Below, piece after piece: positions 26,881 through 36,300 of a stretch of 64,000 bases of DNA. The stretch is from Kiritimatiellia bacterium (GTDB taxonomy: Bacteria > Verrucomicrobiota > Kiritimatiellia > RFP12 > UBA1067): positions 96,001-160,000 of the forward strand of contig JBMNFY010000007.1 in the NCBI GenBank assembly GCA_050949565.1, in the 5' to 3' direction. The notes under the pieces are model-generated. The model had not been told where the DNA came from. It worked only from the letters and a program-made list of their open reading frames with translations, and ran no database searches. Within the stretch, counting starts at the first letter, position 1. Each line of letters opens with the position of its first letter. Position numbers and translations under genes: made by a program.

Positions 26881-28443
26881 TTAGCGTTCAGCTTTGATCC
26901 TGAAAAAGAGGGTGGGCTTTCCTTCAATCTGAATCGCACAGGTGCCGATCGTCTCGGTGGGCGGCAGATTGGTAGAGACGGGACGCCATGTGCCGGTCGC
27001 CAGATCACCCTCCAGCATTTCGACGATCTGCATGGCTTCGCGTCCGCCCTGCCACGTCAGGTTGGCGGTGACGCCGTTTTTCGACAGTGCCGTGATCCGA
27101 AGATTAGAGGCACGGTTGGTAGGGGAGGTGTCCGCGAGCCACTCTTGCAGATTGCTCATGCCGTCTTTGTCGGGGTCGGCACTCATATCGCGATCCGCGC
27201 CGACCAGTCCGGCTTGTGTGAGCCACCATTCTGGCATGCCCTGTCCGCCCGGCACGAGGACGGGCTGGAAGGCGGCGACCAGTTGTCCGGGCGACGATAC
27301 TGTGAAAGCGGTCACGGGGTCGGAGCCCGATGCCATGCCGGACCAGCCGTCAAACAGCCATTCGGCGTCCGGTGTCGCTTGTGCGCTGAGCGAAGCGCCC
27401 GCGCGATACCATCCCGGCGACAGATCGACAACGCCGTGTTCCGCGACGACATCCAACCAGTAGTTGGTGCGCCAGTTCCAGATGACTTCCGAATCGGCAG
27501 AGAGCGCGAAGGTGAATGCGGTGGTGCGTCCGCTGACCGGCACCGAGCCGCTGCCGCTCCAGCCGTAGGCGACGAACTGGGTGTCCACCTGCGTGACGGT
27601 GGTTTGAGCCACGCGGCAGGTAATCGCGCTGCCGTCGAAAAAGAAGTTTTCGCCGGGTGCCGGTTCGGTGACGCTCTGCGCGGCTGACGCGATCATGAGG
27701 CGGAGCAGCGGTGCGACCTCGGTGCTCAGCACCGCGACGGCGGCATCCTGCGCGTCGGGCGCTGCGTAGGTCATGGTGCGCTGCGTTGCGGGTGCGCCGC
27801 CCCTGCCGTAGAGACGGAAGGTAATCGGGGTGCCTGCAACCGGTGTGAACGGTGCGCCCGTTTCATCGGCGAGGTCGGCGTAGTTGAAGAAGAAGCAGGT
27901 GTTGGTAGGGGTGCCGTCGCCGCACACGGCCAGCAAAGGCGCGTATGCGCCCAGCACGGTCAACACGCCTACCCAGCCGTCGCCGGGCCTGTGTACATCG
28001 ATCATTGTCTGGTGCGTGGTAGGGCGCCAGGCACCAATGGGCAGCGTGCGCACCTCTTGGAGGCCGCTCGCCGGCCATGTGACGTCATCGGCCACAACGC
28101 GTACATGGTAGACGGTGTCGAGCGTGGCGTTATCCACCCGGAACAGCAGGTTACCGCACGCGGTCATGGCACTGCGAATCTGCCGGTCCGCGCAGCGGCG
28201 CGCATAGTCGTCGCCACTCGTCGCGCCGGTGAAGAGCGCCTGCCGCTCGATGGTCACCGCCGTCTCGGGCTGGGTGCCTGCGGCGTCGCGGTAGATCTCC
28301 AGCCGACAGGAGGCCGGTGGCGAGTCGGTGCGCAGAAAAACATCGAAGCCGCGCGAAGCGACGTTCGCGATCACGCCTTCGGCGGATGCGATACAGAGTC
28401 CGCGCGCGGCACATACCAACAGCGCAAGGATCAGGCGTTTCAT
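26881..28443 (-). CDS. Secreted protein with InlB-B-like repeats and a Ca-binding D-rich motif
   Basis: Signal peptide; FDGWSG repeats; DPDKDGMSNLQEWLADTSP; C-terminal LFFRIK. Confidence 0.75.
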   Translation of the reverse strand: MKRLILALLVCAARGLCIASAEGVIANVASRGFDVFLRTDSPPASCRLEIYRDAAGTQPETAVTIERQALFTGATSGDDYARRCADRQIRSAMTACGNLLFRVDNATLDTVYHVRVVADDVTWPASGLQEVRTLPIGAWRPTTHQTMIDVHRPGDGWVGVLTVLGAYAPLLAVCGDGTPTNTCFFFNYADLADETGAPFTPVAGTPITFRLYGRGGAPATQRTMTYAAPDAQDAAVAVLSTEVAPLLRLMIASAAQSVTEPAPGENFFFDGSAITCRVAQTTVTQVDTQFVAYGWSGSGSVPVSGRTTAFTFALSADSEVIWNWRTNYWLDVVAEHGVVDLSPGWYRAGASLSAQATPDAEWLFDGWSGMASGSDPVTAFTVSSPGQLVAAFQPVLVPGGQGMPEWWLTQAGLVGADRDMSADPDKDGMSNLQEWLADTSPTNRASNLRITALSKNGVTANLTWQGGREAMQIVEMLEGDLATGTWRPVSTNLPPTETIGTCAIQIEGKPTLFFRIKAER

Positions 28444-29342
28444 GGTTGTTCCTCCTGCTGAATAACGGTGGCGAATCCGGCGTTTCCGGCAGGCGCGTCA
28501 TCCGTCAGCCCGGTTCCGGGGCCGCGCCGCAAGAGGCCGGGTTCGCCCTTGCGCCGGATGATGGTTTCGCCACCGGCCAGAATCGCTACGCGCGAGATGC
28601 CTGCCGCTCGCAGTGTCTGCGCGGTGCGTTCGGCTGTGCCGTCGCCTGCGTCAATCAACACGTAGAGCGGCGGGACGGTCTGCGCTTCGCCCGGTGTTGC
28701 GGTGGCCGCCAGCATGCCGCGCTGCGGCCGGGTTCCGGGAATCGTGCGCGTGATGCTGTAGCCGGGCAGTTCGGATGCCAGATCAAGACGCGGCAGCGCC
28801 GTTGCGGCGGGCGTCGCGCTGGCTTCTGTTCCTTCGCCTGCGGCGAGGGCGGCGGCGGGTGCGCGCGGCGGCGCGGGCCGCAGATCGACGAGCACGATGT
28901 CGGCTGCGTCTTCCGTCATGTCGCCGGTCACCTCTTGATAACTGACATACCGCGTCAGGGTGGGGCGCAGCCCTTTGGCCTCGCTGGTCTGGCCGCCCGC
29001 GTCGCACCAAGCGGCGTATCCGCCCGCCAAGGCGTCGGCGGACACGTTGCTGTTCGCCTCCGCAAGCTGTGCGGCGGCGCGGCGCGCGAGGTTAGGGCCG
29101 GTGCCGTCGTCGAAGAAGATGACCTCGCCGGTGAGCGGTTTTTGCGTCGCCTCGCGCGCCGTCATGCGGATGGCGTTCGGCAGTGTGCCGGCTTCGTAGG
29201 CGTCGCGCGGCCTGAGATCGATCAGGGTGACGCGATCACCGCGGGCGAGCCGATCGCGCAGTTCGGCCGGCGTGACGGCGGCGCAGGCCGCGCCGACGGC
29301 ACCTAGCGCGACGATCAAGCTGATAAGCGTGTGACTGTTCAT
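28440..29342 (-). CDS. Secreted tandem rhodanese-like protein
   Basis: LIDLRP...GTLPNA...LAGGYAAW; second domain LVDLRP...LAGG. Confidence 0.75.
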   Translation of the reverse strand: MNSHTLISLIVALGAVGAACAAVTPAELRDRLARGDRVTLIDLRPRDAYEAGTLPNAIRMTAREATQKPLTGEVIFFDDGTGPNLARRAAAQLAEANSNVSADALAGGYAAWCDAGGQTSEAKGLRPTLTRYVSYQEVTGDMTEDAADIVLVDLRPAPPRAPAAALAAGEGTEASATPAATALPRLDLASELPGYSITRTIPGTRPQRGMLAATATPGEAQTVPPLYVLIDAGDGTAERTAQTLRAAGISRVAILAGGETIIRRKGEPGLLRRGPGTGLTDDAPAGNAGFATVIQQEEQP

Positions 29343-29376
29343 GGTTTCACCTCGTTGGGTTCGCTGTCTCTGCGTG

Positions 29377-32300
29377 TCATTGCGGCATCCATCCGTTGAC
29401 CGCATGCGTCATGTCAATCAGGATCACCGCGATGCGCGGGATCGGGAAGTCGGTTCCGACCAGTCGGCCCGCCTCGACCTGCACGGTCTGCCAACGTCCG
29501 GAGGACGGATCATGCAGACGCAGCGCACGGACATTTTGCAGACCGAGCTGGCGCATCATGCGGAAGGCCGAATAGTCGATCGGGAAGCCGCTGTACGTCA
29601 GAACACTGGTGCCCTGCGGCAGATCGAGCGGCGTGCTCTCGGATGGGCCGAAATCGATGAGCTGGGCGCGGTCGAAGCCCAGCCAGACAAACATACCGAG
29701 CGTCAGCGGGAAATCTTCGCCTTGCAGGGTGCCGGTGGTGCCGTCACGCCATGCACGGCGTGTCTCCACCGTCGGCCAGAGTTGCTCGTAGGTCGCGACC
29801 TCAATGACATTTGCGTCCATGCGCCAACGGTCAAGCAGTTGGAACGCCGTGGCAGCGGTTTCGAGCATCTGCGCAGTGACCGGAACTGCGTTGCGCTCGG
29901 CATAGACACCCCGCAGCGAGGGCAGCGCACCGGCTACCACGCGCGTCCCGGCTGGCGTGACATCCAGCCAGGCGATGTGGCGCGTCAGCAACGCAGGATA
30001 ACGCTTCTGCGTTTCCGTGCGCGTCATCGGCGCATGCCGCAGCGAGGCCAGATGCAGGAGACTCAGGTTTTCGAGGCCGGCTCCGAGTGCATTGTCGGTG
30101 AAGAGGACCCAGTCGCCGTACACCGCAGGCAAAGTCTCGTCATACGGCGTATCGGTCAGGCGGGTCTCGCGACCGTCCCGTAAATCAAAGGCGTACAGAT
30201 CCTGTTGCCCGTTGCGGTTGTCCTGCCAGACGATGATGGGGCCGTCCATCGCGGGCTTGTATTGACCGGCGGTGCTGGTCGTGATGCGGCGTTCTTCGCC
30301 GGTCTCGAGGTCTTGGAAGTAGATCTCGCCGGGGCCGACATCGCGCCAATCCTGCCAGACCACGCGGTCGGCGTTGACGTGCGGATCCAATTGATCCTGC
30401 GTGGTGGGCGAAACGGCACGCCGGGCACCGGTCACAAGGTTTTTCGCGTACAGTTGTGTCGGAGCCGAGGCGATGCGTACGTCGCGTGCTTGCCAGACCG
30501 CCCACGGCCAGTAGATTGAGGGGTTGGTCTCGTCGATGTCCGGCAGTGCCGAGAGCACATGGATCGGCATGCCGGGGTCGGTCAGATCTGTCCAATACAC
30601 CGCCCAGGTGCTGTCTTCCTGACGCCCTTGCCACACGACATAGCGCCCGTCGGTGAAGGGATCGTCCTGCGTGTTGGCCGATGAAGTCAGCGCGAACGCC
30701 GCGCCGTTGGTCGCAATGTTGCGCGCCCAGATCTGCCACTGCTCGCCCGAGCGGTCGGTCCAGACCACCCAATCGCCGCGTCCGTGCATGCGTTGCACAC
30801 CGCGGCTGGCGGCGGCGACCTCGCTGTCGCTTCCGCCCAGCTCCTCGACGGCGACATAAGCTTTGGCCCAGATGACCTGCCCCAGCGCATTGCTGGCGCT
30901 GACCCGCACCGTGTACCATCCCGGGAAGACCAGCACACCGGCATCGTTGCGTCCGTCCCAGACGAAATTCGTGCCAGCATCGAGCGGCATTGCCGGGGCG
31001 GTTCTGACGCATGAGAGTCCGGTGCAGTCATACCCGTATGCCAGCCGGTTCGTCCAGTGATAAGCGGCATATCCCTCTTCGGTGTGTTCGCCGTTCGGCA
31101 GGTTGGGGAAGATGCGCACTTCGTAAGCGCCATCGGTCAGGTTGGAAACGGCAAACGGTTGGCTCACGGGCGCGCTGGGACGGATGTAATTCGCGTTCAA
31201 CGACCAGCGGTAGGTGGTGATGTCCGTGCCGGAGACGCGGAACGGCGCGGTCTTCGCGGTATGCGGATGCGTGGGCGCTTCGAGCAATACAACGCCCGGC
31301 GCGTCGTCGGCCACGGCCCACGAAGCGCGGACGGCATCGGCATCCGGCGGATAGCCGCCGTGCGCACTACGAGCGACCACATCCAGCGTGTAACCGCCTG
31401 CGGTCGTGCAGTTCAGCGCGATCGGTTCGCTGACCGGTGCTTCCGCCGACCATGCGCCGCCGTTCAGCCGCCAGCGATAGTGGTCAACCGCTTCGCCCGA
31501 GACCGTGATTGAAAGCTCGCCGGGGCGCATGGGCGTGGCGGGCAGACCGCCAAGCTGCGGCCAGGCGCGGATGCCGCGGAACACCTCGACGCTCGCGTAT
31601 AGCGGAACCGGTCCGGGCGGTGCCGAGAATTCGAAGCGGATGTCGTCAGGACGTGCGCTGGCAAGTCCGGAGAGTAGCGAGAGTCCTGTGCGGTTGGCCG
31701 CCAGCGTCAGCGCCGTACCGTCCCCGGCCGGATCGAGTACGACGATCTGTGCGGTCTTTGTTTCTTCCACGTTCATCGCGGCGTCGGTCGCGCGATAGGC
31801 GATGGCGTGAGTGCCGACCGGCAACGAGAAGGGGAGTGCCGGCAACCAGGCAGCCTCGGGCGTTGGCTTGTACTCGATGGACACCGCGCTCTCATCCTGC
31901 GAGAGGAAGTAGACCTGCGTGGCCGGCGCGATGTAGTTCGTACCTTGGTGAAGCAGGTGCTTGCCTGAGAACTCGATTGATGTGACCGGCGGCGTGGTGT
32001 CGTTCGCATCGGCGGCATACGTCAACGTGTATGACAGATCGCCCTGCGGGACGATGTCGAACAGGTGCAGTTCGTCGAGCCGCTGGTTGCCGGTTTTCAA
32101 GTAGCGGGTGGAGGTCCAGACGTTGTTGCTGTTGACCACCGTGCCGTCGGGGCGCAAGACCTGAGCGATACGGCGTTTGTTCTGGCCGGGGTCGGCCACG
32201 CGCAGATAGACCGGGCCTTCTGTCAACGTCGTGCCGGTGAGGGTGAAGGTCGATGCGTTGACCGGAGTGATCGCGCACTCTTGCGCCAGATTGACCGGCA

Positions 32301-33372
32301 GAACCGTGCCCTCGCTTTCATAGAGGGCGTCCGGCAGTTGGTCGGGGTCGCGGTCGGTGTCGGCCAGGAAATCGCGCACGTTGTCGCGGCCGACAGTGTC
32401 GTTCAGCACCTCATGCACAATGAAATGGGCGTTCATTGAGCGGATCAGCGAAGTCTCCTCGCCGCCGAATTCGGGGGCATGGGTGTAGGTGGCCTTGAAC
32501 TCGGTAAAGGTTCCTGAGAGCGAGGTGATCATGTCCCACGCGGCGACACGCGCCTGACCCGGCTCGATGTCGCCGATATTGACCGTGAGCGAGGATCGGT
32601 CGAGCGGCGCGTCCATGACGCGGCAACCGATGAGTTGCGCGATCAGCAGTAGCAGTTGCTTGTTCTCGACGATTCTCGGTTGTTCAGAGCGGATCACGAC
32701 ATTGCGTGCATTGCCGTAGCCGACGTTCTTGACGAGCACGCCCAGCGTGAAAGGAACCGGTGCCTCGACCCGTTCGGTGAAGGGGTCGTCGCCTTGTACG
32801 TCGCGCGGCTGGAAGTAAGTGATCTCCAGTTCGGGCTCGGGTTTGACGGTGATCATGTCGGGGATGGCGAACATGACGTTTTCTGGGATTACCTCTCCAC
32901 GCATGCTTCCCGCGAGGTCGCAGTGCACGTAGTAGCGCACGCCGCTGGGGGATGAGCCGCCGGCACCGGGTTTGGGCACGATGAACCACTTGACCGTGGC
33001 CTTTGCGCCCGGTGCGATGTTGCCTTCGCCGTCGATGCCGTTGATATTGATGAGTTCGGGTTGGCGAACCCAAAACAGGGAGGTAGCATCATCTTGGACG
33101 CCGCCACTCTGCGGTTGCGTGAAACGCAGCCCCGCCGTGAAGCCGGTGATGGGATCCACCGCATCGTTGTTGGTTACCTCCAGCGTGGCCAGAAAACCGA
33201 TCCGCTCCAGCGTCAGCTCTTGCAGGATCTCGATCTTTGCAAACGCGCAGAACCCTTGGTACTGCTGCTGGGCGCGTGCAGCGAGGGTCAACGTAACAGC
33301 TACCCCGACCGCACACGCCAACGACGCGGCGGGGCGGCTCAGGGCATTGATGGTCGCGAAAAGGCGCTTCAT
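29377..33372 (-). CDS. Large secreted multidomain protein (Ig-like, FlgD-like and beta-propeller repeats)
   Basis: Signal peptide; WDGRNDAG..VFPGWY; repeated VVWQD units; start overlaps the upstream stop. Confidence 0.8.
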   Translation of the reverse strand: MKRLFATINALSRPAASLACAVGVAVTLTLAARAQQQYQGFCAFAKIEILQELTLERIGFLATLEVTNNDAVDPITGFTAGLRFTQPQSGGVQDDATSLFWVRQPELININGIDGEGNIAPGAKATVKWFIVPKPGAGGSSPSGVRYYVHCDLAGSMRGEVIPENVMFAIPDMITVKPEPELEITYFQPRDVQGDDPFTERVEAPVPFTLGVLVKNVGYGNARNVVIRSEQPRIVENKQLLLLIAQLIGCRVMDAPLDRSSLTVNIGDIEPGQARVAAWDMITSLSGTFTEFKATYTHAPEFGGEETSLIRSMNAHFIVHEVLNDTVGRDNVRDFLADTDRDPDQLPDALYESEGTVLPVNLAQECAITPVNASTFTLTGTTLTEGPVYLRVADPGQNKRRIAQVLRPDGTVVNSNNVWTSTRYLKTGNQRLDELHLFDIVPQGDLSYTLTYAADANDTTPPVTSIEFSGKHLLHQGTNYIAPATQVYFLSQDESAVSIEYKPTPEAAWLPALPFSLPVGTHAIAYRATDAAMNVEETKTAQIVVLDPAGDGTALTLAANRTGLSLLSGLASARPDDIRFEFSAPPGPVPLYASVEVFRGIRAWPQLGGLPATPMRPGELSITVSGEAVDHYRWRLNGGAWSAEAPVSEPIALNCTTAGGYTLDVVARSAHGGYPPDADAVRASWAVADDAPGVVLLEAPTHPHTAKTAPFRVSGTDITTYRWSLNANYIRPSAPVSQPFAVSNLTDGAYEVRIFPNLPNGEHTEEGYAAYHWTNRLAYGYDCTGLSCVRTAPAMPLDAGTNFVWDGRNDAGVLVFPGWYTVRVSASNALGQVIWAKAYVAVEELGGSDSEVAAASRGVQRMHGRGDWVVWTDRSGEQWQIWARNIATNGAAFALTSSANTQDDPFTDGRYVVWQGRQEDSTWAVYWTDLTDPGMPIHVLSALPDIDETNPSIYWPWAVWQARDVRIASAPTQLYAKNLVTGARRAVSPTTQDQLDPHVNADRVVWQDWRDVGPGEIYFQDLETGEERRITTSTAGQYKPAMDGPIIVWQDNRNGQQDLYAFDLRDGRETRLTDTPYDETLPAVYGDWVLFTDNALGAGLENLSLLHLASLRHAPMTRTETQKRYPALLTRHIAWLDVTPAGTRVVAGALPSLRGVYAERNAVPVTAQMLETAATAFQLLDRWRMDANVIEVATYEQLWPTVETRRAWRDGTTGTLQGEDFPLTLGMFVWLGFDRAQLIDFGPSESTPLDLPQGTSVLTYSGFPIDYSAFRMMRQLGLQNVRALRLHDPSSGRWQTVQVEAGRLVGTDFPIPRIAVILIDMTHAVNGWMPQ

Positions 33373-36300
33373 TGGGCACCTCCCTTCGTCCGGCTCGGTG
33401 TTCCATGCGTGGGCGTCATGCGAGGGAACTGCATGCCGCACAGGTGCCGGACCAGCACGCCGTGCGCGTAGTACGCGATATCCTCACGCAACTCAAAGGT
33501 GTAAACGGTGGTGGACTGCTGCACGGGGGACGATGCCGTCACCGTGGCGGTCGCATCATTCGTGCAGACGACACGGTCGCCGACGCGGATATCTTTGGCG
33601 AGCGTCCAGCCGTGCGCGTCTGTCCAGATGCGGTGTTCCGCCGTGGTGCGCAGCGTGGTGCCGTTGTCCAGCGTGATCTGGTGGATTGGCACCTCCGGCC
33701 GTTTGTAGGTCTCGGTGACGCGTGCCACATCCTCCTTGCGCGGCCCGGTGCGCACAACATCGCCGGGCTTGACCGCCTCGATGGCGCGCGACGTTCCATC
33801 GGCCATCAGCACGGGGGTTCCGGCCGCGAAACAGCCGCCGCCAGCACCGTTGTAGCCTCCGGTGTTACCGCCGCCTCCGCCGCCGCCTCCGCCACCTCCT
33901 CCGCCGCTTTGTGCGCCGCTTGACGTGACACCCGTCATTAACTCGGCCATACAGAGGATAGTCTGATACATCGTCGCCATGTCGCTGATACCGATCGGCA
34001 TCTGGTCGCTGTCGGCTATTTCCCACATGATGGTGAGCGCGGCTTGCGCCTGCATCAACGTGGTGCCGGACATCGAACCGTACCTGCCGTTTAGGTAGGA
34101 CATCAGGTTCTGGACCGCCTCCATGAAATCATCGGTACAGGGGTTGTACTGCGGCGGGTCGCTCAGCGGCCCGACGCCGCGTCCCATGCTGGCCGTGCCG
34201 CGCGGTGCGGACAGCGGTCCGAACACCGGCTCAGGTTCTGGCAAGGCCAGCGGCCCAGGCGCGGGCGCAGGAGCGGGAGCGGGGGGCGCGCCCTGTTCGC
34301 CCCAATAACTCACCGTGTAGGGAATCTCGATCTGCTCCATCGGTGCCAAGACCGGCAGGTAGGTGATCGCAGGCGTTATCGACGCCGTTGCGGTCTGCGT
34401 GCCTTTCACGGTGAAATCTGTCAGCTTGATCAGGCCGTGGTTTTTGGCGGTCGCCGTGAAGGTGTACTCGAAGGGTCCCGACATCTTGCCGAGATTGCGG
34501 TACACGGGATCAACGACCAGCACGGGCGCCGGCACATACGTGGAGAAGGTCTGTTCAATCTTGATCTCGTAGCGGTCGGTGAACGGCACCGGCACGACCG
34601 TGAAGGTCACCGTCACCAATTCGCGCGTCAGGACCGGCTCGACCGACGTGTCGAGGTCAGCTTCAACTTGCAAAGTGCCAGCCTGTGTGGCGTGCCCGGA
34701 TGCGGAGACCTGCCAGTGCCACCGGCCTTCCATGAGGCCGCTGATGAGCACGTCACCGTTGGCGTCGCTCTTGAACCCGGTGCGTTCGGTTCCGTCCAGC
34801 GCGCTGCGCACGCGGACCGACGCATCCGGCACCACTTGGCCGAGGTTGTTGGCGATGTGGAAGGAGAGGCCGCCGCGGCGTTCCGATGTAACCTTGGCGT
34901 ACAGGTTCAGCGCCTTGGTCGTGACCGAATTGGTTCCGGTGATGGCGAGCGCATCGCTGTAGTACTTCATCTCCACATCTTCGCCCGGCGCGTAAAGCAC
35001 CTGGAAGGTGAAGCTTTGGCCCGGTGCCAGATCGGGCAGCGCGAAGGTGCCGTCCGGCTGCGGGGTCAGCGCGACATGCATCCACGGGATTGTGGGCGCG
35101 GTCATCTTGACGCCGAGTAGCGGCTTGAAGCCGTCATTCCGCAGCTCCACGTCTGTCGAACGGGTCTTGCCGCGATCCAGGCTCATGTCCACATACCCGT
35201 TGGCGGGCGAGGCCACGGTGATAAGCGGCAGCGGCGCCGTCACCGACACGCGCGCGTCGAACGGAATCCGCAGCCCTTCCGGCGTGACCAGCTCGTAGCG
35301 GCAGTTGAAGGCGGGCAGTGCGTCTTCGGTCGCGAAGAGCTTCAGCGTGACTGGCGTCAACTGCTTGGGCGGCAGTCCGAGCCCTTCGACGTTTTCGACG
35401 GCACCGCTTACCACGTTCATGGGCAGCATGTTGGTGACGCCTTCCGTGATCTGCCAGGCGGTGAATGCGGCGGTCAGGTTCGTGAACGTGAAGCTGCCCG
35501 GATTGTACGCATTCAGGCGCAGAGTCAACACGTCATTGGCGGCCATCCGCACGTTGCCCTCGGGCGGTCGGAAGTAAGCCTGATAGATGGCGGTCTGGCC
35601 ATGGTTCAGGCGGTCGCGCACGTCGGGATGTGCGGCCCAGATCTGGCAGAGGCCCGAGATACCGTGGACAATCGGCCATTCAGCGCGGAAGCAGCCGTTC
35701 GAATCGCTGACAGTATCCACATGCCATGCGAAGCCGTCGAGCCCGATGCCGGCGCTCACAAGGGCGTTCGTCATCGGCAGGCCGGTGACGCGCTCAAAGG
35801 CGTAGCCCGTGATCACCAGCGTCTCGCCCGCGCGGTATGCCGACTGCTCGGGCAGGCCGAAGGCCGTGTAGGGCGTCAGCCGCGGCGTGATCGCCAAGCG
35901 CGCCTGCAACGGCCCCGACAGCTCTTCACCCGCCGTGCCGCATGCCGTGTAGACGAATGCCGCCGCGACTTCGATCGACGCCCGGGCCTGCTCGCCCAGC
36001 GCCTCGGGCACGATGATTTCAGGCAGTATCATCAAGGTCGAGCTGTTGGCGGGAATCCGCACAAACCCGCGCTGGCCGTCCGGCGTGGCGATCAGCGATG
36101 ACTTGGGCATCATGACATCGATCCGGTTGACCTCTGTTTCGTTGGCGTCCAGCACGCGGATCGCGACGTCGCCCGGCTGGCCGTTGCGCCACATGACGAT
36201 GTCAATCGGTACCTGGCTGCGGTTGTAGAAGCGTGCCTGCGGCGCACATGCCGCGCCGGCGACAGGCTGTTGCTCAACCGTGATTTCAAGTTGCGCTTGC

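Noticed and set aside
33369-33833. Polymorphic toxin with pre-toxin Hint and immunity gene
   Set aside because: Only ~22 aa follow the Hint, there is no HN motif, and the next gene is a large secreted protein
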